From the NCBI GenBank assembly GCA_964016885.1, contig OZ024740.1, positions 307,148,001 through 307,212,000 of the forward strand: 64,000 bases of DNA, read 5' to 3'. The DNA comes from Eledone cirrhosa (Eukaryota). The position numbers and the translations under genes were made by a program. Positions 37,386 to 52,000 of this stretch are shown one piece after another. The notes below the pieces were generated by a model. It ran no database searches. It worked only from the letters and a program-made list of their open reading frames with translations, and was not told the DNA's origin. Numbering within the stretch: the stretch's first letter is position 1; the number at the start of each line of letters is the position of its first letter.

Positions 37386-37452
37386 GATCACTTTTAGATG
37401 TCCTGTATTAAGCGCCGAAACATCTATGATCTCGGTTTACAGCTGATGAAGG
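37386..37452 (+). ncRNA. Candidate non-circularly permuted hammerhead ribozyme
   Basis: tagatg-TC-ctgta-ttaagcgcc-GAAA-catcta-tgatctcggtt-tacag-CTGATGA-agg. Stem III tagatg/catcta, stem I ctgta/tacag, stem II cc/gg. Confidence 0.6.
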
Positions 37453-37487
37453 ATTTCTTCTCTTGTTTCGTCCATACTACCATCTTA

Positions 37488-37525
<38 letters not shown>

Positions 37526-38184
37526 TGGCTGCCAACTCGTTTTCGAGTACGGCCACTACTTTATATCCATGTAGGAGAACCCCTACCGATGCACTGAACA
37601 AGTGTGACTTTTTAGTCCATCCAGCGACTTGAAAACTCTGGTACAAACACTACACTTGTGACAATTATTGACACATAGTACTGGGCCCATGGTACCATGT
37701 GACGACAAGTGCAGAGAGATCTCCAGATATAAAGCAATGCCTGTGCCGTGAAGCTTTTATAGTGAGCAAAGGCACTGCACAAAGCCAGTCCCACTCTCTT
37801 AACCAAGATGATATTTACCAAAAAGAAGAACAAGTCAACATCATTGGATACCATCAGGGTTGCAGGTGTTATATCAGAGTTTTCCTTCTCCTAGAATTCT
37901 GCCTTGACAAAGGCTAAGGGGTCATCTCTCCCTATATATATATATATACACACACACACATATGTATATATATGCTTGTGTGCCTGTGTCTATATATGTA
38001 TGTTTACATGCATGAATGAATAAACTAAGCTTTAGATTTAGTAGAATGTACAACCACTGATTCCAGCCATTTACACTATCGTATATTTTGGTTTCTAGTA
38101 ATTCCCTGGGGAATTGGTTTGCATAATTGTTTTATTTTTTTATTTTATTCTTTTTCTTAGATTTCAGGTATTTTTTTAAAGCAA

Positions 38185-38429
<245 letters not shown>

Positions 38430-38469
38430 TATAAGTATTAATAAGATAGATGTTCTTTTGATCAATGAC

Positions 38470-38522
38470 ATTTTATTATACATATTTCAGATGTACAACA
38501 GTACGTCCTCATCAGACAAAAT
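38470..38522 (-). ncRNA. Type I hammerhead ribozyme
   Basis: Minus strand attttgt-CTGATGA-gga-c-gtac(tgtt)gtac-a-tct-GAAA-tatgta-TA-ataaaat. Same family as 20712 with a different stem II. Confidence 0.7.
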
Positions 38523-38609
38523 ATAATGATACATGACATACCCTGAGATGTTAAATGGTTAAGATTAAATCTACTGTAAAACTCATTCTTTGACATAATC
38601 ATTGAATAT

Positions 38610-39074
<465 letters not shown>

Positions 39075-39097
39075 TACATATATATATATATACATAT

Positions 39098-39285
39098 ATA
39101 CAGGACATCTAAAAGCGATCAGCGGCGCGCCCAAGGCCTTTTATCGATCAAAAGGCCAGGAGTAAAAGAAAAGAATAAAGAAGAAAAAAAGGGGAAAAGT
39201 AGTAAGGAGAGAGGAAGAAAGAGAAAAAACAGGTAAACAGACCAAATGGTGGGGGGACACAGGACAATTGAACATGCAAGTGATA
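39098..39285 (-). mobile_element. Second copy of the 37243-37490 element, truncated inside the ribozyme
   Basis: Reverse complement matches cacttgcatgttc..ggccttgggcgcgccgctgatc.cttttagatgtcctgta and then runs into (TA)n. Confidence 0.85.
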
Positions 39286-39625
39286 TATATATATATATAT
39301 ATACACAGAAATATCCACGGTTAGTTGTGGGGTCTAGTCTGCATGAAGAACTCAATGTAATCCATATGTTGAAAATGTTGTAGGTTAAAATAAATCCCGG
39401 AAAACAATGAAACATCAAAAGCAGAACAGAGTCATGATATAAGTTAAAACAATGAAATAAAAATTCAAGTCATTAGGAATATACTTCACTGCTTTACGAT
39501 CGTTTCTAGGTGATAATAATACATCGTACGCATATTTCGTTATCGATCTATATAAGGTTAGTTACAAAATATCAAATGAGGAATATATTCCTAATGACTT
39601 GAATTTTTATGTCATTGTTTTATTT

Positions 39626-39693
<68 letters not shown>

Positions 39694-39795
39694 TTATATA
39701 CATACACACGAACTACTGACTAGATAATAGTTGGTATCAAAGGGTTATATATATATATATATATATAGATATAGACACACAAACACACACACATG

Positions 39796-39878
<83 letters not shown>

Positions 39879-39912
39879 GTATGTGTACAATTAAAGGTGA
39901 TAGAATACCACC

Positions 39913-39985
39913 AGAGTGAAAACCACATTGTCTTCGATAGGAATGGAGAATACATATCAATTAAAAGAATAAATTAAAATGTACA
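39913..39985 (+). repeat. 73-bp direct repeat, left copy; right copy at 59730-59802
   Basis: agagtgaaa..gaataca.atcaattaaaagaataaattaaaatgtaca occurs on both sides of the satellite. Confidence 0.85.
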
Positions 39986-40027
39986 AATCATTCGTTTATA
40001 ACTATAACACATGGAGATGCTCTAGTG

Positions 40028-43000
40028 CATGTAGATTCATACCATGTAGATTCATACCATGTAGACTCATACCATGTAGATGCATACCATGTAGATTCAT
40101 ACCATATAGATTCATACCATGTAGACTCATACCAATTAGATTCATACCATGTAGATTCATACCATGTAGATTCATACCATGTAGATTCATACCATGTAGA
40201 TTCATACCATGTAGATTCATACCATGTAGATTCATACCATGTAGATTCATACCGTGTAGATTCATACCATGTAGATTCACACCGTGTAGATTCATACCAT
40301 GTAGATTCATACCATGTAGACTCATACCATGTAGATTCATGTCATGTAGAGTCATGTCATGTAGATTCATACCATGTAGATTCATACCATGTAGATTCAT
40401 ACCATGTAGATTCATACCATGTAGATTCATACCATATAGATTCATACCATGTAGATTCATACCATGTAGATTCATACCATGTAGATTCACACCGTGTAGA
40501 TTCATACCATGTAGATTCATACCATGTAGATTCATACCATGTAGATTCATAACATGTAGATTCATACCATGTAGATTCATACCATGTAGATTCACACCGT
40601 GTAGATTCATACCATGTAGATTCACACCGTGTAGATTCATACCATATAGATTTATACCATGTAGATTCATACCATGTAGATTCATACCATGTAGATTCAT
40701 ACCATGTAGATTCATACCATGTAGATTCATACCATGTAGATTCACACCGTGTAGATTCACACCGTGTAGATTCACACCTTGTAGCTTCATGTCATGTAGA
40801 GTCATGTCATGTAGATTCATACCATGTAGATTCATACCATGTAGATTCATACCATATAGATTCATACCATGTAGATTCATACCATGTAGATTCATACCAT
40901 GTAGATTCACACCGTGTAGATTCATACCATGTAGATTCATACCATGTAGATTCATACCATGTAGATTCATAACATGTAGATTCATACCATGTAGATTCAT
41001 ACCATGTAGATTCACACCGGGTAGATTCATACCATGTAGATTCACACCGTGTAGATTCATACCATATAGATTTATACCATGTAGATTCATACCATGTAGA
41101 TTCATACCATGTAGATTCATACCATGTAGATTCATACCATGTAGATTCACACCGTGTAGATTCACACCGTGTAGATTCACACCTTGTAGCTTCATGTCAT
41201 GTAGAGTCATGTCATGTAGAATCATACCATGTAGATTCATACCATGTAGATTCATACCATGTAGATTCATACCATGTAGATTCATACCAATTAGATTCAT
41301 ACCATGTAGATTCATACCATATAGATTTATACCATGTAGATTCACACCGTGTAGATTCATACCATGTAGATTCACACCATGTAGATTCATAACATGTAGA
41401 TTCATACCATGTAGATTCACACCGTGTAGATTCACACCGTGTAGATTCACACCTTGTAGCTTCATGTCATGTAGAGTCATGTCATGTAGATTCATACCAT
41501 GTAGATTCATACCATGTAGATTCATACCATGTAGATTCATACCATATAGATTCATACCATGTAGATTCATACCATGTAGATTCATACCATGTAGATTCAT
41601 GTCATGTAGAGTCATGTCATGTAGATTCATACCATGTAGATTCATACCATGTAGATTCATACCATGTAGATTCATACCATGTAGATTCATACCATATAGA
41701 TTCATACCATGTAGATTCATACCATGTAGATTCATACCATGTAGATTCACACCGTGTAGATTCATACCATGTAGATTCACACCGTGTAGATTCATACCAT
41801 GTAGATTCATACCATGTAGATTCATACCATGTAGATTCATACCATGTAGATACACACCGTGTAGATTCATACCATGTAGATTCACACCGTGTAGATTCAT
41901 ACCATATACATTTATACCATGTAGATTCATACCATGTAGATTCATACCATGTAGATTCATACCGTGTAGATTCATACCGTGTAGATTCATACCATGTAGA
42001 TTCATACCATGTAGATTCATACCATGTAGATTCATACCATGTAGATTCACACCGTGTAGATTCATACCATGTAGATTCATACCATGTAGATTCATACCAT
42101 GTAGATTCACACCGTGTAGATTCACACCGTGTAGATTCATACCATGTAGATTCATACCATGTAGATTCATACCATTTAGATTCATACCATGTAAATTCAT
42201 ACCATGTAGATTCACACCGTGGAGATTCATACCATATAGATTTATACCATGTAGATTCATACCATGTAGATTTATACCATGTAGATTCACACCGTGTAGA
42301 TTCACACCGTGTAGATTCATACCATGTAGATTCATACCATGTAGATTCATACCATGTAGATTCATACCATGTCTATTCATACCATGTAGATTCATACCGT
42401 GTAGATTCACACCGTGTAGATTCACACCGTGTAGATTCATACCATGTAGATTCATACCGTGTAGATTCACACCGTGTAGATTCATACCATGTAGATTCAT
42501 ACCATGTAGATTCATACCGTGTAGATTCATACCATGTAGATTCATACCATGTAGATTCACACCGTGTAGATTCATACCATGTAGATTCATACCATGTAGA
42601 TTCATACTGTGTAGATTCAAACCATGTAGATTCATACCATGTAGATTCATACCATGTAGATTCATACCATGTAGATTCATAAAATGTAGATTCATACCAT
42701 GTAGATTCATAGCATCTAGATTCATACCATGTAGATTCATACCATGTAGATTCATACCATGTAGATTCATACCATTTAGATTCATACCATGTAGATTCAT
42801 ACCATGTAGATTCATACCATGTAGATTCATACCATGTAGATTCATACCGTGTAGATTCATACCATGTAGATTCATACCATGTAGATTCATAGCATGTAGA
42901 TTCATAAAATGTAGATTCATACCATGTAGATTCATACCATGTAGATTCATACCATTTAGATTCATACCATGTAGATTCATACCATGTAGATTCATAGCAT

Positions 43001-46000
43001 GTAGATTCATACCATGTAGATTCATACCATGTAGATTCATACCATGTAGATTCATACCGTGTAAATTCATACCATGTAGATTCATACCGTGTAAATTCAT
43101 GCCATGTAGATTCATACCATGTAGATTCATACCATGTAGATTCATACCATGTAGATTCATAGCATGTAGATTCATACCATGTAGATTGATACCATGTAGA
43201 TTGATACCATGTAGATGCATACCATGTAGATTCCTACCATGTAGATTCATACCATGTAGATTCATGTCATGTAGATACATGTCATGTAGATTCATACCAT
43301 GTAGATTCATACCATTCAGATTCATACCATGTAGAATCATACCATGTAGATTTATACCATGTAGATTCATACAATGTAGATTCATACCATGTAGATTCAT
43401 ACCGCGTAGATTCATACCATGTAGATTCATACCATGTAGATTCATAGCATGTAGATTCATACCATGTAGATTCGTGTCATGTAGATTCATACCGTGTAGA
43501 TTCATACCATGTAGATTCATACCATGTAGATTCACACCGTGTAGATTCATACCATGTAGATTCATACCATGTAGATTCTTACCGTGTAGATTCATACCAT
43601 GTAGATTCATACCATGTAGATTCATACCATGTAGATTCATAAAATGTAGATTCATACCATGTAGATTCATAGCATGTAGATTCATACCATGTAGATTCAT
43701 ACCATGTAGATTCATATCGTGTAGATTCATACCATGTAGATTCATACCATGTAGATTCACACCGTGTAGATTCATACCATGTAGATTCATACCATGTAGA
43801 TTCATACCGTGTAGATTCATACCATGTAGATTCATACCATGTAGATTCATACCATGTAGATTCATACCATGTAGATTCATACCATGTAGATTCATACCAA
43901 GTAGATTCATAAAATGTAGATTCATACCATGTAGATTCATACCATGTAGATTCATAAAATGTAGATTCATACCATGTAGATTCATACCATGTAGATTCAT
44001 ATCATGTAGATTGATACCATGTAGATTGATACCATGTAGATTCATACCATTTAGATTCATACCATGTAGATTCATACCATGTAGATTCATACCATGTAGA
44101 TTCATACCATGTAGATTCATGTCATGTAGATTCATACCATGTAGATTCATACCATGTAGATTCATAGCATGTAGATTCATAAAATGTAGATTCATACCAT
44201 GTAGATTCATACCATGTAGATTCATACCATTTAGATTCATACCATGTAGATTCATACCATGTAGATTCATAGCAGGTAGATTCATACCATGTAGATTCAT
44301 ACCATGTAGATTCATACCGTGTAAATTCATACCATGTAGATTCATACCGTGTAAATTCATACCATGTAGATTCATACCATGTAGATGCATACCATGTAGA
44401 TTCCTACCATGTAGATTCATACCATGTAGATTCATGTCATGTAGATACATGTCATGTAGATTCATACCATGTAGATTCATACCATTCAGATTCATACTAT
44501 GTAGAATCATACCATGTAGATTCATACCATGTAGATTCATACAATGTAGATTCATACCATGTAGATTCATACCGCGTAGATTCATACCATGTAGATTCAT
44601 ACCATGTAGATTCATACCATGTAGATTCATACCATGTAGATTCGTGTCATGTAGATTCATACCGTGTAGATTCATACCATGTAGATTCATACCATGTAGA
44701 TTCATACCATGTAGATTCATACCATGTAGATTCATACCGTGTAGATTCATACCATGTAGATTCATACCATGTAGATTCATACCATGTAGATTCATACCAT
44801 GTAGATTCATACCGTGTAAATTCATACCATGTAGATTCATACCATGTAGATTCATACCATGTAGATTCATACCGTGTAGATTCATACCATGTAGATTCAT
44901 ACCATGTAGATTCATACCGTGTAGATTCATACCATGTAGATTCACACCGTGTAGATTCATACCATGTAGATTCATACCATGTAGATTCATACCGTGTAAA
45001 TTCATACCATGTAGATTCATACCATGTAGATTCATACCATGTAGATTCATACCGTGTAGATTCATACCATGTAGATTCATACCATGTAGATTCATACCAT
45101 GTAGATTCATACCGTGTAGATTCATACCATGTAGATTCATACCATGTAGATTCATACCATGTAGATTCATACCATGTAGATTCATACCATGTAGATTCAT
45201 ACCGTGTAAATTCATACCATGTAGATTCATACCATGTAGATTCATACCATGTAGATTCATACCATGTAGATTCATACCGTGTAGATTCATACCATGTAGA
45301 TTCGTACCATGTAGATTCATACCATGTAGATTCATACCATGTAGATTCATACCATGTAGATTCATACCGTGTAGATTCATACCATGTAGATTCACACTGC
45401 GTAGATTCATACCATGTAGATTCATACCATGTAGATTCATACCATGTAGATTCATACCGTGTAAATTCATACCATGTAGATTCATACCATGTGGATTCAT
45501 ACCATGTAGATTCATACCGTGTAGATTCATACCATGTAGATTCATACCATGTAGATTCATGTCATGTAGATTCATACCATGTAGATTCATACCATGTAGA
45601 TTCATACAGCGTAGATTCATACCATGTAGATTCATACCATGTAGATTCATACCATGTAGATTCAAATCATGTAGATTCATACCATGTAGATTCATTCCAT
45701 GTAGATTCATACCATATAGATTTCTACCATGTAGATTTATACCATGTAGATTCATACCATATAGATTTATACCATGTAGATTCATACCATGTAGATTCAT
45801 TCCATGTAGATTCATACCATGTAGATTCATACAATGTAGATTCATGTCATGTAGATTCATGTCATGTAGATTCATACCATGTAGATTCATTCCATGTAGA
45901 TTCATACCATGTAGACTCATACCATGTAGATTCATGTCATGTAGATTCATTCCATGTAGATTCATACCATGTAGATTCATCTCATGTAGACTCATACCAT

Positions 46001-49000
46001 GTAGATTCATAGCATGTAGATTCATACCATGTAGATTCATACCATATAGATTCATACCATGTAGATTCATACCATGTAGATGCATACCATGTAGATTCCT
46101 ACCATGTAGATTCATACCATGTAGATTCATGTCATGTAGGTACATGTCATGTAGATTCATACCATGTAGATTCATACCATTCAGATTCATATCATGTAGA
46201 ATCATACCATGTAGATTCATACCATGTAGATTCATACAATGTAGATTCATACCATGTAGATTCATACCGCGTAGATTCATACCATGTAGATTCATACCAT
46301 GTAGATTCATACCATGTAGATTCATACCATGTAGATTCGTGTCATGTAGATTCATACCGTGTAGATTCATACCATGTAGATTCATACCATGTAGATTCAC
46401 ACCGTGTAGAAACATACCATGTAGATTCATACCATGTAGATTCTTACCGTGTAGATTCATACCATGTAGATTCATACCATGTAGATTCATACCGTGTAGA
46501 TTCATACCATGAAGATTCATACCATGTAGATTCATACCGTGTAGATTCATACCATGTAGATTCATACCATGTAGATTCACACCGTGTAGATTCATACCAT
46601 GTAGATTCATACCATGTAGATTCATACCGTGTAGATTCATACCATGTAGATTCATACCATGTAGATTCATACCATGTAGATTCATACCATGTAGATTCAT
46701 ACCATGTAGATTCATACCAAGTAGATTCATAAAATGTAGATTCATACCATGTAGATTCATACCATGTAGATTCATAAAATGTAGATTCATACCATGTAGA
46801 TTCATACCATGTAGATTCATATCATGTAGATTGATACCATGTAGATTGATACCATGTAGATTCATACCATTTAGATTCATACCATGTAGATTCATACCAT
46901 GTAGATTCATACCATGTAGATTCATACCATGTAGATTCATGTCATGTAGATTCATACCATGTAGATTCATACCATGTAGATTCATAGCATGTAGATTCAT
47001 AAAATGTAGATTCATACCATGTAGATTCATACCATGTAGATTCATACCATTTAGATTCATACCATGTAGATTCATACCATGTAGATTCATAGCATGTAGA
47101 TTCATACCATGTAGATTCATACCATGTAGATTCATACCGTGTAAATTCATACCATGTAGATTCATACCGTGTAAATTCATACCATGTAGATTCATACCAT
47201 GTAGATGCATACCATGTAGATTCCTACCATGTAGATTCATACCATGTAGATTCATGTCATGTAGATACATGTCATGTAGATTCATACCATGTAGATTCAT
47301 ACCATTCAGATTCATACTATGTAGAATCATACCATGTAGATTCATACCATGTAGATTCATACAATGTAGATTCATACCATGTAGATTCATACCGCGTAGA
47401 TTCATACCATGTAGATTCATACCATGTAGATTCATACCATGTAGATTCATACCATGTAGATTCGTGTCATGTAGATTCATACCGTGTAGATTCATACCAT
47501 GTAGATTCATACCATGTAGATTCATACCATGTAGATTCATACCGTGTAAATTCATACCATGTAGATTCATACCATGTGGATTCATACCATGTAGATTCAT
47601 ACCGTGTAGATTCATACCATGTAGATTCATACCATGTAGATTCATGTCATGTAGATTCATACCATGTAGATTCATACCATGTAGATTCATACAGCGTAGA
47701 TTCATACCATGTAGATTCATACCATGTAGATTCATACCATGTAGATTCAAATCATGTAGATTCATACCATGTAGATTCATTCCATGTAGATTCATACCAT
47801 ATAGATTTCTACCATGTAGATTTATACCATGTAGATTCATACCATATAGATTTATACCATGTAGATTCATACCATGTAGATTCATTCCATGTAGATTCAT
47901 ACCATGTAGATTCATACAATGTAGATTCATGTCATGTAGATTCATGTCATGTAGATTCATACCATGTAGATTCATTCCATGTAGATTCATACCATGTAGA
48001 CTCATACCATGTAGATTCATGTCATGTAGATTCATTCCATGTAGATTCATACCATGTAGATTCATCTCATGTAGACTCATACCATGTAGATTCATAGCAT
48101 GTAGATTCATACCATGTAGATTCATACCATATAGATTCATACCATGTAGATTCATACCATGTAGATGCATACCATGTAGATTCCTACCATGTAGATTCAT
48201 ACCATGTAGATTCATGTCATGTAGGTACATGTCATGTAGATTCATACCATGTAGATTCATACCATTCAGATTCATATCATGTAGAATCATACCATGTAGA
48301 TTCATACCATGTAGATTCATACAATGTAGATTCATACCATGTAGATTCATACCGCGTAGATTCATACCATGTAGATTCATACCATGTAGATTCATACCAT
48401 GTAGATTCATACCATGTAGATTCGTGTCATGTAGATTCATACCGTGTAGATTCATACCATGTAGATTCATACCATGTAGATTCACACCGTGTAGAAACAT
48501 ACCATGTAGATTCATACCATGTAGATTCTTACCGTGTAGATTCATACCATGTAGATTCATACCATGTAGATTCATACCGTGTAGATTCATACCATGAAGA
48601 TTCATACCATGTAGATTCATACCGTGTAGATTCATACCATGTAGATTCATACCATGTAGATTCACACCGTGTAGATTCATACCATGTAGATTCATACCAT
48701 GTAGATTCATACCGTGTAGATTCATACCATGTAGATTCATACCATGTAGATTCATACCATGTAGATTCATACCATGTAGATTCATACCATGTAGATTCAT
48801 ACCAAGTAGATTCATAAAATGTAGATTCATACCATGTAGATTCATACCATGTAGATTCATAAAATGTAGATTCATACCATGTAGATTCATACCATGTAGA
48901 TTCATATCATGTAGATTGATACCATGTAGATTGATACCATGTAGATTCATACCATTTAGATTCATACCATGTAGATTCATACCATGTAGATTCATACCAT

Positions 49001-52000
49001 GTAGATTCATACCATGTAGATTCATGTCATGTAGATTCATACCATGTAGATTCATACCATGTAGATTCATAGCATGTAGATTCATAAAATGTAGATTCAT
49101 ACCATGTAGATTCATACCATGTAGATTCATACCATTTAGATTCATACCATGTAGATTCATACCATGTAGATTCATAGCATGTAGATTCATACCATGTAGA
49201 TTCATACCATGTAGATTCATACCGTGTAAATTCATACCATGTAGATTCATACCGTGTAAATTCATACCATGTAGATTCATACCATGTAGATGCATACCAT
49301 GTAGATTCCTACCATGTAGATTCATACCATGTAGATTCATGTCATGTAGATACATGTCATGTAGATTCATACCATGTAGATTCATACCATTCAGATTCAT
49401 ACTATGTAGAATCATACCATGTAGATTCATACCATGTAGATTCATACAATGTAGATTCATACCATGTAGATTCATACCGCGTAGATTCATACCATGTAGA
49501 TTCATACCATGTAGATTCATACCATGTAGATTCATACCATGTAGATTCGTGTCATGTAGATTCATACCGTGTAGATTCATACCATGTAGATTCATACCAT
49601 GTAGATTCATACCATGTAGATTCATACCGTGTAGATTCATACCATGTAGATTCATACCATGTAGATTCATACCATGTAGATTCATACCATGTAGATTCAT
49701 ACCGTGTAAATTCATACCATGTAGATTCATACCATGTAGATTCATACCATGTAGATTCATACCGTGTAGATTCATACCATGTAGATTCATACCATGTAGA
49801 TTCATACCGTGTAGATTCATACCATGTAGATTCACACCGTGTAGATTCATACCATGTAGATTCATACCATGTAGATTCATACCGTGTAAATTCATACCAT
49901 GTAGATTCATACCATGTAGATTCATACCATGTAGATTCATACCGTGTAGATTCATACCATGTAGATTCATACCATGTAGATTCATACCATGTAGATTCAT
50001 ACCGTGTAGATTCATACCATGTAGATTCATACCATGTAGATTCATACCATGTAGATTCATACCATGTAGATTCATACCGTGTAAATTCATACCATGTAGA
50101 TTCATACCATGTAGATTCATACCATGTAGATTCATACCATGTAGATTCATACCGTGTAGATTCATACCATGTAGATTCGTACCATGTAGATTCATACCAT
50201 GTAGATTCATACCATGTAGATTCATACCATGTAGATTCATACCGTGTAGATTCATACCATGTAGATTCACACTGCGTAGATTCATACCATGTAGATTCAT
50301 ACCATGTAGATTCATACCATGTAGATTCATACCGTGTAAATTCATACCATGTAGATTCATACCATGTGGATTCATACCATGTAGATTCATACCGTGTAGA
50401 TTCATACCATGTAGATTCATACCATGTAGATTCATGTCATGTAGATTCATACCATGTAGATTCATACCATGTAGATTCATACAGCGTAGATTCATACCAT
50501 GTAGATTCATACCATGTAGATTCATACCATGTAGATTCAAATCATGTAGATTCATACCATGTAGATTCATTCCATGTAGATTCATACCATATAGATTTCT
50601 ACCATGTAGATTTATACCATGTAGATTCATACCATATAGATTTATACCATGTAGATTCATACCATGTAGATTCATTCCATGTAGATTCATACCATGTAGA
50701 TTCATACAATGTAGATTCATGTCATGTAGATTCATGTCATGTAGATTCATACCATGTAGATTCATTCCATGTAGATTCATACCATGTAGACTCATACCAT
50801 GTAGATTCATGTCATGTAGATTCATTCCATGTAGATTCATACCATGTAGATTCATCTCATGTAGACTCATACCATGTAGATTCATAGCATGTAGATTCAT
50901 ACCATGTAGATTCATACCATATAGATTCATACCATGTAGATTCATACCATGTAGATGCATACCATGTAGATTCCTACCATGTAGATTCATACCATGTAGA
51001 TTCATGTCATGTAGATACATGTCATGTAGATTCATACCATGTAGATTCATACCATTCAGATTCATATCATGTAGAATCATACCATGTAGATTCATACCAT
51101 GTAGATTCATACAATGTAGATTCATACCATGTAGATTCATACCGCGTAGATTCATACCATGTAGATTCATACCATGTAGATTCATACCATGTAGATTCAT
51201 ACCATGTAGATTCGTGTCATGTAGATTCATACCGTGTAGATTCATACCATGTAGATTCATACCATGTAGATTCACACCGTGTAGAAACATACCATGTAGA
51301 TTCATACCATGTAGATTCTTACCGTGTAGATTCATACCATGTAGATTCATACCATGTAGATTCATACCGTGTAGATTCATACCATGAAGATTCATACCAT
51401 GTAGATTCATACCATGTAGATTCATACCATGTAGATTCATAAAATGTAGATTCATACCATGTAGATTCATAGCATGTAGATTCATACCATGTAGATTCAT
51501 ACCATGTAGATTCATACCATGTAGATGCATACCATGTAGATTCATACCGTGTAGATTCATACCATGTAGATTCATACGATGTAGATTCACACCGTGTAGA
51601 TTCATACCATGTAGATTCATACCATGTAGATTCATACCGTGTAGATTCATACCATGTAGATTCATACCATGTAGATTCATACCATGTAGATTCATACCAT
51701 GTAGATTCATACCATGTAGATTCATACCAAGTAGATTAATAAAATGTAGATTCATACCATGTAGATTCATACCATGTAGATTCATAAAATGTAGATTCAT
51801 ACTATGTAGATTCATACCATGTAGATTCATAGCATCTAGATTCATACCATGTAGATTCATACCATGTAGATTCATATCATGTAGATTCATACCATTTAGA
51901 TTCATACCATGTAGATTCATACCATGTAGATTCATACCATGTAGATTCATACCATGTAGATTCATGCCATGTAGATTCATACCATGTAGATTCATACCAT

